Origin: Tubiluchus corallicola
Lineage: Eukaryota; Animalia; Priapulida
Assembly: GCA_030141605.1 (NCBI GenBank)
Contig: JAQGDQ010000824.1
Location: forward strand, 1 to 41,249
DNA length: 41,249 nt
Direction: 5' to 3'
Each line of letters opens with the position of its first letter. Positions within the stretch are counted from its first letter, which is position 1. This document shows positions 25,985 through 37,050 of this stretch, piece after piece. Below the pieces are notes generated by a model. The model worked only from the letters and a program-made list of their open reading frames with translations, was not told the DNA's origin and ran no database searches. The translations under genes and the position numbers were made by a program.

Positions 25985-26204
25985 CGACCCCATGCGCACG
26001 TAATGCGTAATGCGTGACCTATGATCCGTAATGCGTGATGCGTATTGACTGTTTCCATGCGTCCGTAAACGCTACGCGTTTTAACAAAGCTCAAGAAGCT
26101 CTTTCTAACATTTTTGGTCACTATTCGTTAAAATTGTAAGCAGTAATTTTTGGAAGCCATTTCTCTGTTGAAATTTAAGGCAGATAATTACAGCTGCATC
26201 ATTA

Positions 26205-26242
26205 ACTATTATTATTGTTTATTATTATTATTATTATTATTA

Positions 26243-26281
<39 letters not shown>

Positions 26282-26357
26282 CATCATCATCATCATCATC
26301 GTCGTCGTCGTCGTCGTCGTCGTCGTCATCATCATCATCATCATCATCATTATCTTC

Positions 26358-26398
<41 letters not shown>

Positions 26399-26442
26399 TA
26401 TCATCATCATTATTATTATTAATATTATTATTTATTATTATT
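26205..26442. repeat. (TAT)n(CAT)n(CGT)n compound microsatellite inside the Harbinger element
   Basis: Directly visible. Confidence 0.99.
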
Positions 26443-26444
26443 AG

Positions 26445-26720
26445 ATGGAAAGAAGGCACAGGTTTTGGCTGAACAACATTTTGCAGGGGAGAGAACAATA
26501 TGGCAGATATCATCATTTAGTCAAAACGCTGCAGTCAGATGCACAACACAGAGCTACATGCTTCTTCCACCTCTCAAAAACTCAAATAGAAAAAACGTTA
26601 TTGTTAACAGGTTCTAAAGTGACCAAAACTCACCTAACTAGAATTTTCAGAAAGCTAAACAGCGAGAATGGTCACCGAAAACTTGAAAAGTCGCTATAAC
26701 CACCTAGGCAACGGAAGTTT
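26445..26720 (+). pseudogene. Harbinger (HARBI1/ALP1-family) transposase N-terminal fragment
   Basis: RRHRFWLNNILQGREQYGRYHHLVKTLQSD...FFHLSKTQIEKTLLLTGSKVTK matches the RxWV..I...RxxxGxYHxLxxEL...FRMS..QF..LL..VGP.ITK pattern; DDE domain absent. Confidence 0.8.
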
Positions 26721-26784
26721 CCCGTCTGCGTATTGCTGCGTATTGCTGCGTGATGCGAATTCGGACGATAGGATCGAATGAATA

Positions 26785-26992
26785 CGGATCACGCATCACG
26801 CATTACCGATTACGCATTGCATACACATGGAAACACTTCTTCACAATTAAATATAAACTGTTGTATACGCATTTCGGATCACGCATCACGCATTACCGAT
26901 TACGCATTACATACACATGGAAACACTTCTTCACGATTAAATATAAACTGTTGTATACGCATTTCGGATCACGCATCACGCATTACGGATCA
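26785..26992. repeat. 90-bp tandem duplication (2.3 copies) of the Harbinger subterminal region
   Basis: CGGATCACGCATCACGCATTAC at about 26785, 26875 and 26965. Confidence 0.95.
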
Positions 26993-27023
26993 GACGTTAT
27001 GCATTACGCGCACATGGAAACGT

Positions 27024-27165
27024 CTACAACTAGCAAAAAATTGGAAAATTCTCCTCAATCCAGAATTAATAACCATGTTTGTGCCTCCGGCCACAAAGTC
27101 GATTTTAATAAGTTCACCATTGTTACCAGAGCTATGAGTAACTGGAACTTTATAATAAAGTTTAT
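27024..27165 (+). mobile_element. Penelope-like element GIY-YIG endonuclease remnant, 3' half
   Basis: TTSKKLENSPQSRINNHVCASGHKVDFNKFTIVTRAMSNWNFIIK resembles TGKKL..PPxSAIxxH...GH...FxxFxI......L.IKE of PLE endonucleases. Confidence 0.7.
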
Positions 27166-27226
27166 AAAAAAGTTGTGTTGTTTTAACTACAAATGTTTTT
27201 ATTAGCCTGTGATAAAATTGGCTAAT

Positions 27227-27232
27227 TTTATT
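27227..27232 (-). terminator. Candidate polyadenylation signal of the cadherin-like gene
   Basis: AATAAA on minus strand ~80 nt after the stop codon. Confidence 0.35.
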
Positions 27233-27311
27233 CCATTTTTGGACTGTATTTGTATTTGTATATAGTCTCAGTTACCGAAATAAAAATTGAATTGAATAGA
27301 ATTTAATTGAG

Positions 27312-29570
27312 TCATGACTGTTCTATTGCATCATTCATTTCCGATTGATTGTCTGTCACATTTGTAACTTCTTCATCTTCCTCAAATTCTGGTCCATCTC
27401 TTGTCATTGTATCATCTCGCTTGAGAGAAATTTTCTCCATTTCAGCTTTATCTCTTGTGTCAGTTTCTTCAACACGAGTTGTCTCTGTTCTGTCGTCATC
27501 GCTTGCCACACCCATTTGAGTAGAGCTGCTAACAGCGTTAAACCATTTCCCTTGACGAAAAAGAAACAGCAGACCGATAGTAACCACACACATCAAACCA
27601 ATAACCACCACCATCATCCAAATTCCAAAGTTCGCAGGTGCTTTTTTGCTCTGATGTGCACGCGAGGCTTTGGGAAGAGGTCTATAATCAGTTTCATTAA
27701 GATTGGTCACAGTTGGCATTACAATTACTACTTTAGTATAACCACACCTGGTGTCAGCGAAATCTAAAGCGGCCCTGCTGCAAGCTCCAACTGCAATTTG
27801 TATGGGGCCAACTCCGGCACTCTTCAATGAAATCCTTCCTTCGTTATCAATTTTGAACACTTCCGCATACGTAAGAATCGAAAACATTACCTGTTCGTCA
27901 GTGTAACCTCTATAAAGCGCTTTCACCTGTCCTGCATATGACCCAGCAGTTCCTGTACTGTCCAGTCTGTAAGTTGTCTGAGTGAACATGGGTTTGTTCA
28001 CAATACCTTTTACTACCGTAACAGTAATGTCAACCGAACCTATTTGTGTTAAATGTTGGTCCGATTCGGATGCACGATGAAATGCCCCTACGACCAAATT
28101 GTATTCGTCCCTAATTGCCATGTTTATTACCATGTCTAGTCTAATAAGTGTTTTTTCTGCTTTTCTTTGTACGACAACCAGTTTGAACGAATGACTCCCA
28201 ATGGAAGTGTCATCTGTTTTCACTCTATAATCAACTGACATATTTGAATTCGGCATGGTCACGCCAATGAACAGTACCATTGTAGGCGTATTATCAAGTT
28301 CGTATGCAGAGATTTTTGCCGAGTAACTTTCTTTGTCGAACACGGCTTTTGCAGCGCTACGGACTTTGATAGATAACAGGGCCCTGTCGTAGTGCGTGGC
28401 ATCTTCGTGCTCAGTGGCTTGGATGAGAGCGTAGTAGTTAGCTGAAGGGGGAAGCTGTTGTACAGCAGAAATTTGACCGTTCTCTTCAAATCGAAATTTG
28501 CCTTCAACCTGTTTTGGAAATGGAAAGGTGTAGAAAACCCCATTTTTATTCATGTCTTTGTCAACAGCTTTTATCGTAGCAGGTTCAACTTCTTCCAAAC
28601 CAGTTGCACTGTCTGCCCTGGTTGTGTAAATTCTGTGGCGAAATTCGGGACCTTGATTGTTTTTATCAGTTACATAAATTGTTTCCCAGCGGAAAGAATT
28701 TTTCTGTCTAGGATTATCAGGTATCAGCTTGACACGAATTTGGAAATTTTGGCCAACTTTATCAATCAACGATTTTTTCAGGTACACATGTTGACATGTC
28801 ATATGAGGGAAGTAGTCATGAGGTTGTCGAAACTGCTCTTCTGGTTCAGTTGCAAAATATTCTTCGCTACTACAACTAGCAATGTCGGATTCCTGACCCA
28901 GACATAATGCAAACCCGGCTACATAATCCCACACATCAAGATCTCCCCCACACATATTGATGACCTTGGAACCAACAGGAATGTCTTCGCCTAGGTAATG
29001 ACTGCCACCTGCTATGATACTCGGTTCATGAGCATCTAATGGGTCTAAATATATGGAAAGAGATACCCAGTGATAATTTCTTGGATTTTCGCGTATGGCA
29101 TTGTTATGGGCCACACATTTAAACTGTACCTTCACTTTAGGCCATCTTTCACGGTACTCATCTTGAGAGTGTACACGAAAGTTGTCTCCACGAAAGTAGT
29201 CACGCATCTTCGAAAAACTAAAATATTGTTCTCTGATTCCTACATAAGGACCTACTTTTTTTGTATGGCCTTCGTAAAACAAAGTATTGTCAGTCGTGCC
29301 ATTTTCCATTTCGCGAAGAAGTATGTGCGCTTCAACGCCATGGCTCCAGGCAACACCTGGAAGGACCTTGTCTTTAATTCCCAGATAATGTTTTCTTGTC
29401 GTTGCAAAATCCTTTTCTTCCATGCTGAGTTCGCGTATACGGAGTGGCCACCCACCGGAGCGGAAACGTACGCATCCTTCTGGAATATCGCTGGAACTTA
29501 AAGCTGATGATGCTCCCACAAATGAGAGCAAAGTGGCGGACCAGCTCATTAAAGTGCACAGTCGCACCAT
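27312..29570 (-). CDS. Divergent non-classical cadherin-related type-I membrane protein (752 aa), uninterrupted ORF
   Basis: Signal peptide (aa 1-23); cadherin motifs IYLDPLDAHEP, EDIPVGSKV..GDLD, YVTDKNNQGPEF, PATIKAVDKD, VFDKESYSAKI, VNKPMFTQTTY, VFKIDNEGRISL; TM helix FGIWMMVVVIGLMCVVTIGLLFLF; acidic ~80-aa tail without a recognisable catenin-binding region. Confidence 0.92.
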   Translation of the reverse strand: MVRLCTLMSWSATLLSFVGASSALSSSDIPEGCVRFRSGGWPLRIRELSMEEKDFATTRKHYLGIKDKVLPGVAWSHGVEAHILLREMENGTTDNTLFYEGHTKKVGPYVGIREQYFSFSKMRDYFRGDNFRVHSQDEYRERWPKVKVQFKCVAHNNAIRENPRNYHWVSLSIYLDPLDAHEPSIIAGGSHYLGEDIPVGSKVINMCGGDLDVWDYVAGFALCLGQESDIASCSSEEYFATEPEEQFRQPHDYFPHMTCQHVYLKKSLIDKVGQNFQIRVKLIPDNPRQKNSFRWETIYVTDKNNQGPEFRHRIYTTRADSATGLEEVEPATIKAVDKDMNKNGVFYTFPFPKQVEGKFRFEENGQISAVQQLPPSANYYALIQATEHEDATHYDRALLSIKVRSAAKAVFDKESYSAKISAYELDNTPTMVLFIGVTMPNSNMSVDYRVKTDDTSIGSHSFKLVVVQRKAEKTLIRLDMVINMAIRDEYNLVVGAFHRASESDQHLTQIGSVDITVTVVKGIVNKPMFTQTTYRLDSTGTAGSYAGQVKALYRGYTDEQVMFSILTYAEVFKIDNEGRISLKSAGVGPIQIAVGACSRAALDFADTRCGYTKVVIVMPTVTNLNETDYRPLPKASRAHQSKKAPANFGIWMMVVVIGLMCVVTIGLLFLFRQGKWFNAVSSSTQMGVASDDDRTETTRVEETDTRDKAEMEKISLKRDDTMTRDGPEFEEDEEVTNVTDNQSEMNDAIEQS

Positions 29571-30221
29571 TTGATGACTCTAAAGACCTTCTTAGAATTT
29601 CTTCACGAGAGAGTATCTTTATTCATAGAAGTAGTGCCTACACTTTTAGTTCCTCTCTTTTGAACAAAGTGGTTCTTCCAAGGAGAAGTGACAATTCGAT
29701 TTACGTTTTGTACCTTCCATTGTTTTGCACTATTTTGCTCATTCATTGGGTATTAATAAAATACGAACTCATTATGACGCAAGATAGCATCAAGCGTTCT
29801 GTATTTTTTAATGATTCTATTACACATTCGCTTGCTTATGTCTAAGAATTATGCTCGTGTTATAAAGTATATTTCAGTTGCCATTGTTTTTATGTTTCTG
29901 TTGTCAGTTTTTTATTTTCAGTTCTTGTTTGATATTTTATTATGAACTTTTTATTACTGTGTATCAATTGTACTAACACGTTATAAGCATATCAATTTAA
30001 TGTCATTCGTAACAATTAAATTATTATTATAAGCAGTACTAACACTAATGCACTGTGGCATAGCGCTTATAAAATGTTCATCACTGACCAAAGGGCAGCT
30101 GACTAGATGACTAATTGGTCTTTCGCTGCCCTTTCTTCACATTTTTGTTTCCAAGTTAACTGTGTTATAACTGTGCGTGTGTTACAAGATATAATGCGTT
30201 TTCCCGGACCCAACTCGCGAT

Positions 30222-30632
30222 TTTTTCGAAATTTTGGCCAAACAGCCTACAGAAAAAACGTTCTAGCGGCGCCTGGTGGGACTCTCGGAAGGAGATATAT
30301 AGCTCTTTAGAAAGAGGAAGAACGGGGCTACACGGTGATGTGGGTTATATTTTAGGGCAGGTCCACCGAGAGGAGTATCAACGAGTTAATTGGGTGTTCT
30401 ATTTTCGGCAATTTTCGCTTAGAAAACTGCTGACGCATGCCATTGTTCTGACGTCATCCATTGTACTCTGCTTATAACTTTAATTCAGCAAAAAGCTGCT
30501 ACAGCCTTTGCGTTAAGTAAGTTGGCAGGATGTTACAGGCTTTGTGTTATAAATGAGGACTAGGTAGGTTGTTCGCGTATTATTGATTACACGTGTGTTT
30601 ATTCACAAAATCTTTTGCGGGGCCTTTGCTAG
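30222..30632 (+). mobile_element. Helitron-like non-autonomous element (copy 3, longest)
   Basis: Ends CAAAATCTTTTGCGGGGCCTTTGCTAG|T; contains segments matching both other copies. Confidence 0.65.
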
Positions 30633-31083
30633 TATTATATTATTATAACAAAACCAAAACGGAAAAATAAACCGATACAGGCGTTTCAGTCATTTCTGCG
30701 CTTACAAAAATAACTTTTGTTTTCTTGCCTTGATTTAATTTTTTCGCTCAAGCTTTCCCAAAAACGAAGACAATTCGAGAATCAAATGTCTCGGTTGATG
30801 TTACATGATTTAACGACGATATAATTACGTATGTCATTGTGTGGGGTTAGTGGTTGCAATGAGAACAATACTGCTTCCTTAAGAGTAGTCTAGTACATTT
30901 GAAATGCCTACAGAACCTCAATACGCCTTTTGTTCTACATCTAGTAACCATTCATTGCTAGATACGCCCTCATTTATTTATTTCAAAATGAATTTGAAAA
31001 ATACGAAATCTGTCGCTGACGATAAGATGCAAACTACACACTGTACGTCTGCCGTTACATTTTTAATTTCTAAACTCGAGAGT

Positions 31084-31411
31084 CAGGGGCCGTTTATGAC
31101 CTTTCGGGGCCCTTGAACTGTTGAAATTATGAGCCCCGACAGATGGAGCCACCCTCATAATTTAGCAATGTTTGCAAACCTTGATGTAAACTTATTGCAA
31201 ACTTTAAAGGGACTGAAATAGCTATCTTTTGTTTGTCAATAAAAATATTCTTTCGTAAACACGACGATTGTACTATCATTGCAAACCAAATTAGCACGTA
31301 CGCCAACACAACAATAGCGGAAAAATCAGATTTTTCACCACATGTTGCCAAAGCCTGATGACCCCCTAGCTTGAAGAGCCCTATGCTAGCCTACAAGATA
31401 ATCCATCCCCG
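31084..31411. mobile_element. Old hAT-like MITE
   Basis: Degenerate TIRs CAGGGGCCGTTTAT / ATAATCCATCCCCG, subterminal GGGGCCC-type motifs, 8-bp flanks TCGAGAGT / TCAAAAGT (6/8). Confidence 0.65.
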
Positions 31412-31711
31412 TCAAAAGTTTGCAACAGATCTTCTCTGTCATCTGAACCGTAGAATTACCACTGAATTTGAAAACGAATTCCTTCCCAGTTCACAGAAGG
31501 CTACCCTCCTGCGCATCCTCAGTGACTTTATTTACTAATAAGATCATGTAGTAATTATCAAGACAAGCCGATGTATTCACCGTCTTAGAGTTGTCAGAGA
31601 ATCTTACAAAGAATGCTTTGCTACACTGAGACTGTTTGCAGTTCGGGTAGATACACTCGATAACTTGAAATACCCGAGCAGAGCAGGGATGTTCACTTGT
31701 TTGAACAGCGT

Positions 31712-31992
31712 GTTTGAAATCAGGAGTAGATATTGCTGGTTTGTGCTTGAAATCAGCAGTATCTGTTGCTGGTTTGTGCTTGAAATCAGGAGTAGCTGTT
31801 GCTGGTTTGTGCTTGAAATCAGCAGTATCTGTTGCTGGTTTGTGCTTGAAATCAGGAGTAACTATTGCTGGTTTATGCTTGAAATCAGCAGTAACTATTG
31901 CTGGTTTGTGCTTGAAATAAGCAATAGATATTGCTGGTTTGTGCTTGAAATCAGCAGTAGATATTGCTGGTTTGTGCTTGAAATCAGCAGTA
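31712..31992. repeat. 33-bp minisatellite, about 8.5 copies
   Basis: Unit TTGCTGGTTTGTGCTTGAAATCAGCAGTAGATA. Confidence 0.97.
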
Positions 31993-33059
31993 CCATAATT
32001 TATAACAAACACGCCTACATATATATCATAGTGCTGATTGAAAACATTAAATCTTAGCAAAATCACTTACGTGCTCCAGCGCCCTCCAATGGCTAAAGAA
32101 GTGTACATTGTACAGCAAAGGCTGTTTTTCTCCCAGGGCAAATAATTCTACTTCAAAATTCAAAACTTTAAGTTTTTAAACTTCAAAAATCGCTCACGTG
32201 CTCGACCACTGACCGCTGCTCTCTTGGCTTTTGATTAAGTTAACAATAATAGTACCTGCTATCAAATTTCGAATCAAACGCTCACGTTTTTCTCCACTGT
32301 TTACCAATGTAGAGACAAGGTAATTAGGCATGTTTGTAAACAAAAAATATCTGAAATTTCCATATCTATATTTGCTTAGTGTTTTATATCTTGTCAAAAA
32401 CACGATTTTCTTAGTAAAACTTACTAATCTAAATTATGTATAACTGCAAGTATTTTTCGATACTTTTCTTCTGTATATTCCATATAAATATGTGAACCAG
32501 TGTTGCATACCTTATCAACTTACAAAATCTTCAGGTACCACCTCTCCCTTCTGAAATTTCCTCGCAAAACTTTCCTATATTTGTCACACATAACAAAGAG
32601 CTAATAGCGCTGGCTTTGCAAGCATATAACGGTACAGCTTTCATATTTTTATACAAAAATTTCGTTTAAAGAAACGTGACGTAATAAGAAGTTGGACTAG
32701 CATATAGCGTGCATTACAATTATGTTTATTTAAAAACTGTATATAGTCTATAGATTATTTGATCAAATTTGTACTCATAAGAATGAACTTGTAAATGATA
32801 AATGTTAATAGACATCTAATCTAATACAATTTGAATTTGAATTTATTGCTAGGTTTAGCATTAGCATACAATGATAGTTTTTACAGAAAGCATTAAACTA
32901 ACAGAAATTTTACAAAGAAAAAACATTAATATATAAGCTTTATTGAGACTACTGGTATGCCTCTGGACAACACCAGGAAGAAAATCTTGTGTTGGTGCTG
33001 CCCAGATTAATGGTAAATTTGAAATTTGAGAAAGAAAACAGAAGTGCATTAAATGATTT

Positions 33060-33121
33060 CTCTCACACTCACACTCACTCACTCTCACACAATCACTCAC
33101 TCACTCTCATACACTCACTCG

Positions 33122-33166
<45 letters not shown>

Positions 33167-33215
33167 GCACGCACACACACACACACGTGCACGCACACAA
33201 ACACACACACACGTG

Positions 33216-33253
<38 letters not shown>

Positions 33254-33280
33254 ACACACACACACACACACACGCACACT
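33060..33280. repeat. (CA)n/(CTCA)n microsatellite
   Basis: Directly visible. Confidence 0.99.
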
Positions 33281-34444
33281 TTCTTCTAGAATGAGGACAA
33301 ACTGCAAAAGGTAGAAATTCAGCATGTTGATGAGGAACACATGAACGACACATGTTAGTACGACGATGTTACGACAACGATTAAGTCATGATAATATTTC
33401 CAAAACATAAATACAGCCAAAATAAGAATTTTATAAAAAGAGGCCCAATTGATTACCAATTACATTATATAATCTATATTATAATGTAATATTGATAATA
33501 TATTATAATATAATCTAACGTGTACGCAACTAGACCTACCTGAGCTAACTCTCCAGAACGTATTCCAGATTTAAAATGGAGGATTCTTCAGTAGTGCACT
33601 TAGTGACAAAAGCATCAAATTAAACAAAATATGGTAGAAAGTTTAGAAAAACGTTACGCAAACAGTCACCGATGTCACCAACGCATCATCAACTTACAAC
33701 CGTCATCCTCCTCCTCACTAAATCAACTGACGCATTTGCACCTGTTCTGATGCCGGTAAGACTGTACACCTGTACGCACCTGTTGATTAACATATTGTTG
33801 GATCTTGATTCGCCGAGTTTTTATCAGTCAATAGACCGAGACAGGATTCACAGCCCGCTACCTCAACTAACTACCTGGCTTACCTGCTTATCAACCTGCT
33901 GGCAGAGTTTCCGTGATGCTTACTCAGGTAAAAATGATTGTTCTAGCATTGAAGTTTTCTTAAAACGCTGTTTCAAATCATTTATTTCACCTGTCCCTAT
34001 TCCTCAGCTTCCCAATGAAAAAAGCTTATAAAAGAGCTGTTCTGTCATTATAACTTGACATACGTATTCATAAGCACTTTGCAAAACTCTTTCTGACTTT
34101 ATTTCTGACTTTATTTATTTATTTACTATATATATATCCACAATGATCATTACAGCATCGTACATAAAAGTATTTAATAATATATTTATTATTATGTGTA
34201 CAAGATGCCAAGCCGCAAATGACCCGTGTACCCAAGAAGTAATTACTTGTTTAGAGTACCCCAAATGAATGTGGACTGAGTGTAATAGAAAAGAGCAGTA
34301 AAGGAGTAGAAAGAAAGGTTAATAGAGAATAGAAAGAAGTAGAAAGATGTGATGGTATCTGTATGAAGTAACATGAAATATAGAAATGTAGCATGTTAAT
34401 GTTAATGTTCTTGCATTCTATGTAGTATGTAAATATAGTAGTAA

Positions 34445-34845
34445 AATGCCAACTCACTGTCCATATTTAAAAAAAAGTATAAATTAAACTTACTTGAAAC
34501 ACGTAACTGATCACTCAATCATGATTTGTTGTTTTTCATTTTCAAAAACTTCCCCTCTAGTATAATAATTTTTTTATCACTTCCCACCCGTATTCATATT
34601 TGTACATAGTGTAATATTGTATCTGTATATATTGTAATATTGTATCTGTATATATTGTAATTTTTTTCGTAACTAATTCTAGTGGCCTACCATAAGCTAG
34701 CTTCTTAGGTCTCTAGCGCAGAATTCATGAATTGTATCATATTTTTCTATTAACAAAAACAGATTATCGATGCACATGTAATGTATATGTATATGTTTAT
34801 TGCGAAAATAAATCTATTAAATCTAATCTAATCTAAATCTAATCT
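34445..34845 (+). mobile_element. 5'-truncated LINE (CR1/L2-group) 3' end
   Basis: NANSLSIFKKKYKLNLLETRN* terminus, AT-rich UTR with small stem-loop (~34683-34714), AATAAA and (AATCT)n tail. Confidence 0.65.
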
Positions 34846-34959
34846 ATACCATTCCTTCTTCCTAAGAGCTCTTTATCATTGGTTACCGTGGCCAAATTTT
34901 TCATTTTTTGTTCTCTCTTTGACAATAATAAAAGTACGGTTATATATAGAAAGATAGTG

Positions 34960-35272
34960 TTGTGTAGATACATATGCAAGTAATACGTTATGTGCAGGTT
35001 CTGTTACTAGGTGGTAGTACCATGACGTAAACTCAATAATGGGTTTCAACTTGTATGAAATTGTTACAGAAAATTATGTTTCCTTAGAAGATCAATTTAC
35101 AAATTTTCATACATTGTCTCGTAAGATTGTAAAAAAATGCGAGTTAAGTTCAAGTCAGCTAGCGACAATAAACTTAGCAGAAGATTGTGTAAACTGTATT
35201 GAAAACACGAATTTTAATTTCTTATCAAGGTATGAATTGAGAGAGATGTTAGAATACGTGGTGTCTTTTTAA
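34960..35272 (+). mobile_element. Probable LINE ORF2 C-terminal remnant
   Basis: NSIMGFNL...FLSRYELREMLEYVVSF* resembles recalled C-termini of invertebrate LINE ORF2s (SxxGxN...LSxxExxxLLxY); in-frame stop upstream. Confidence 0.4.
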
Positions 35273-36641
35273 ATTAATTGCTTTGTCTTTTTGTGGGTAA
35301 ATAACATCCGAACCTGATTTTTTGTTGTTGTTGTTGATGTTTAATATTTATTTTTACTTCTACTGCTAGTTTACTATTTTTTTAATTGAACCACTTATGT
35401 AACTATGTGTGTGTCGCGAAGTTCTCCTTAACTACTTCTCGTTGATTAACTTGACTTTTAAATATTACATTGTGTCTTCTTGCTCATCTCTTCATCTCAT
35501 TCCCTCCTTTTTTTAGGCTTGTTACAATTGAAATAGCTTAAATTTCCCTCTAATCTTACTGTACTTATTTGCTTCTGAATGACCTTTTACATTAATAGTG
35601 TCCTGGTTTTCTGTATTTAAGCTGTGTACAAGTCTACTTTGACCATTTAGACCCATGGGCTAGCCAGGCTATGTTCCGTTGTACTTTAGTATAGTGCTCT
35701 TTCAGTATTGATAATTATGTTATCTATGTGCTTGATAGTAAAGATGTTACAATATAATTCATCGTGACTTGTTAATGATTGTTTTTTATTTTACTGAAAA
35801 GGCTAACATGCTTATTACTTGTGGGCAAAGTTTAATTCAGTAGCAGCTCTCCCACCTATTTCATTGCCCACAGTGTGTTCGAAAACGAATGCTGTTAATA
35901 ACTCTATTTTTAGGTCAACAAATCCATGATAAAAACCAGGTACAAGTTTTTATTATTTATATACACCAAAGGTTTATATTTTCACCAACCTAATACAGAA
36001 TTGCAAAAACACTTTTACAACTGCGTAACAATGGAAGGCGCCATTAAAATAAAGTTTAAATGACTCGTTATATCTTTGAAAGCGACGATAAATAAATAAA
36101 TTATATTGAACAAAAAATAAATAAATCAATAAAGATGACGCAAACGCATTTGTAAGCAAACTTGTTTCATGTTCTAGTATAATAAGTTACCTCATCCTGA
36201 TTATGTTTTTCAGTATCGATGTTGTTTTTGCCTACAGTGTGTTGACTGTGAAATCTCAACAAATATTAATAGTAGTGAATTGTAGCAAATTTATTAATAT
36301 GTGCAAGATATATGATATATTATTTATCAGCATCCTAAATAGTTAATTTTACGCTATCTTTCTGGTTATAGTCGTGGTTAAAAGAGTGGGGCTTGTGTAA
36401 CTAGAGAGGTCGATAAAAGAGATCGTCTAGGGAATGGAGTGATCAAGTTTATTCCATTTCCGTAGCTTAACAAACAGTTGGAAAGATGTAGAAAGTTGAT
36501 AAAAGCTAGCAGACGACCACGTGATCACTTACATGTAGAAAAAATACGTCGCGGTTATGCTATGTTCGTGTAAATTCAAAAACAAGAGAGACTTTCGTAA
36601 ACATTGGTGTTGCCCATTTATCTTAAACCTAGGCTTACTGG

Positions 36642-37050
36642 GATGCCCACAAGGTATCGCGATACTAGGCGGAGGAGCTGCACAAGCAGCCAACGGCTAG
36701 AGGGCGGAGAAGGTCAAGTGACCCAACGGCCATGTGTAGAGGAGTAAACCTTCCAAATCAGGAGTGGAGCCCCGAAGGCGGACCAGTGCAGCATGCTCAC
36801 TGACTCCGGCAGACAACCTGGTGCCAAACGTATCGCTCCGCTTTCCTTTGCACTACACCAGGGAGGAAGAGAGGGGGTTCCTGTTGTCTGGGCAACTCAG
36901 GATCTCCATACACCTTGCCCAGGCGTGGGCCCTGGAGACGTTCAAGGATTGCTCAACCACAGTCGACGCTGCAGCTCCATCAATGTGATCAATAACAGAC
37001 TCTCTTGGCGCACATTCCATTGTCTTCCGAGACAGAAGGATGCCAACAGT
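36642..37050 (+). mobile_element. Bipartite non-autonomous RTE-clade retroelement (5' UTR fused to 3' end)
   Basis: GC-rich island; GGAGTAAACC...GGAGTGGAG...TGGTGCCAAACGTAT resembles RTE 5' UTRs, joined to GLLNHSRRCS (RTE C-terminal Zn-finger end) and CCATTGTCTTCCGAGACAGAAGGATGCCAAC 3' end; flanks CTAGGCTTACTGG / CTAGGCACACTGG (11/13). Confidence 0.75.

Larger units (their letters stand above)
25985..27023 (+). mobile_element. PIF/Harbinger deletion derivative
   Basis: Imperfect TIRs (CCATGYGCRCGTAATGCRTAA...TGATCCGTAATGCGTGATGCGT), CTA on both flanks (25982-84, 27024-26), internal transposase fragment. Confidence 0.85.

Noticed and set aside
27345-29845. Several 60-150 aa ORFs overlapping the cadherin gene
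   Set aside because: Antisense or alternate-frame shadows of a real CDS, with no recognisable motifs.
31665-32066. ADFKHKPA / CWFVLEIS repeat proteins
   Set aside because: Translations of the 33-bp minisatellite, open in several frames on both strands.
36642-36760. HDV-like ribozyme at the 5' end of the RTE derivative
   Set aside because: Expected for some RTEs, but I could not find a P3/L3 (UCCnCG) or P1 pairing here; would need an RNArobo/Infernal search.
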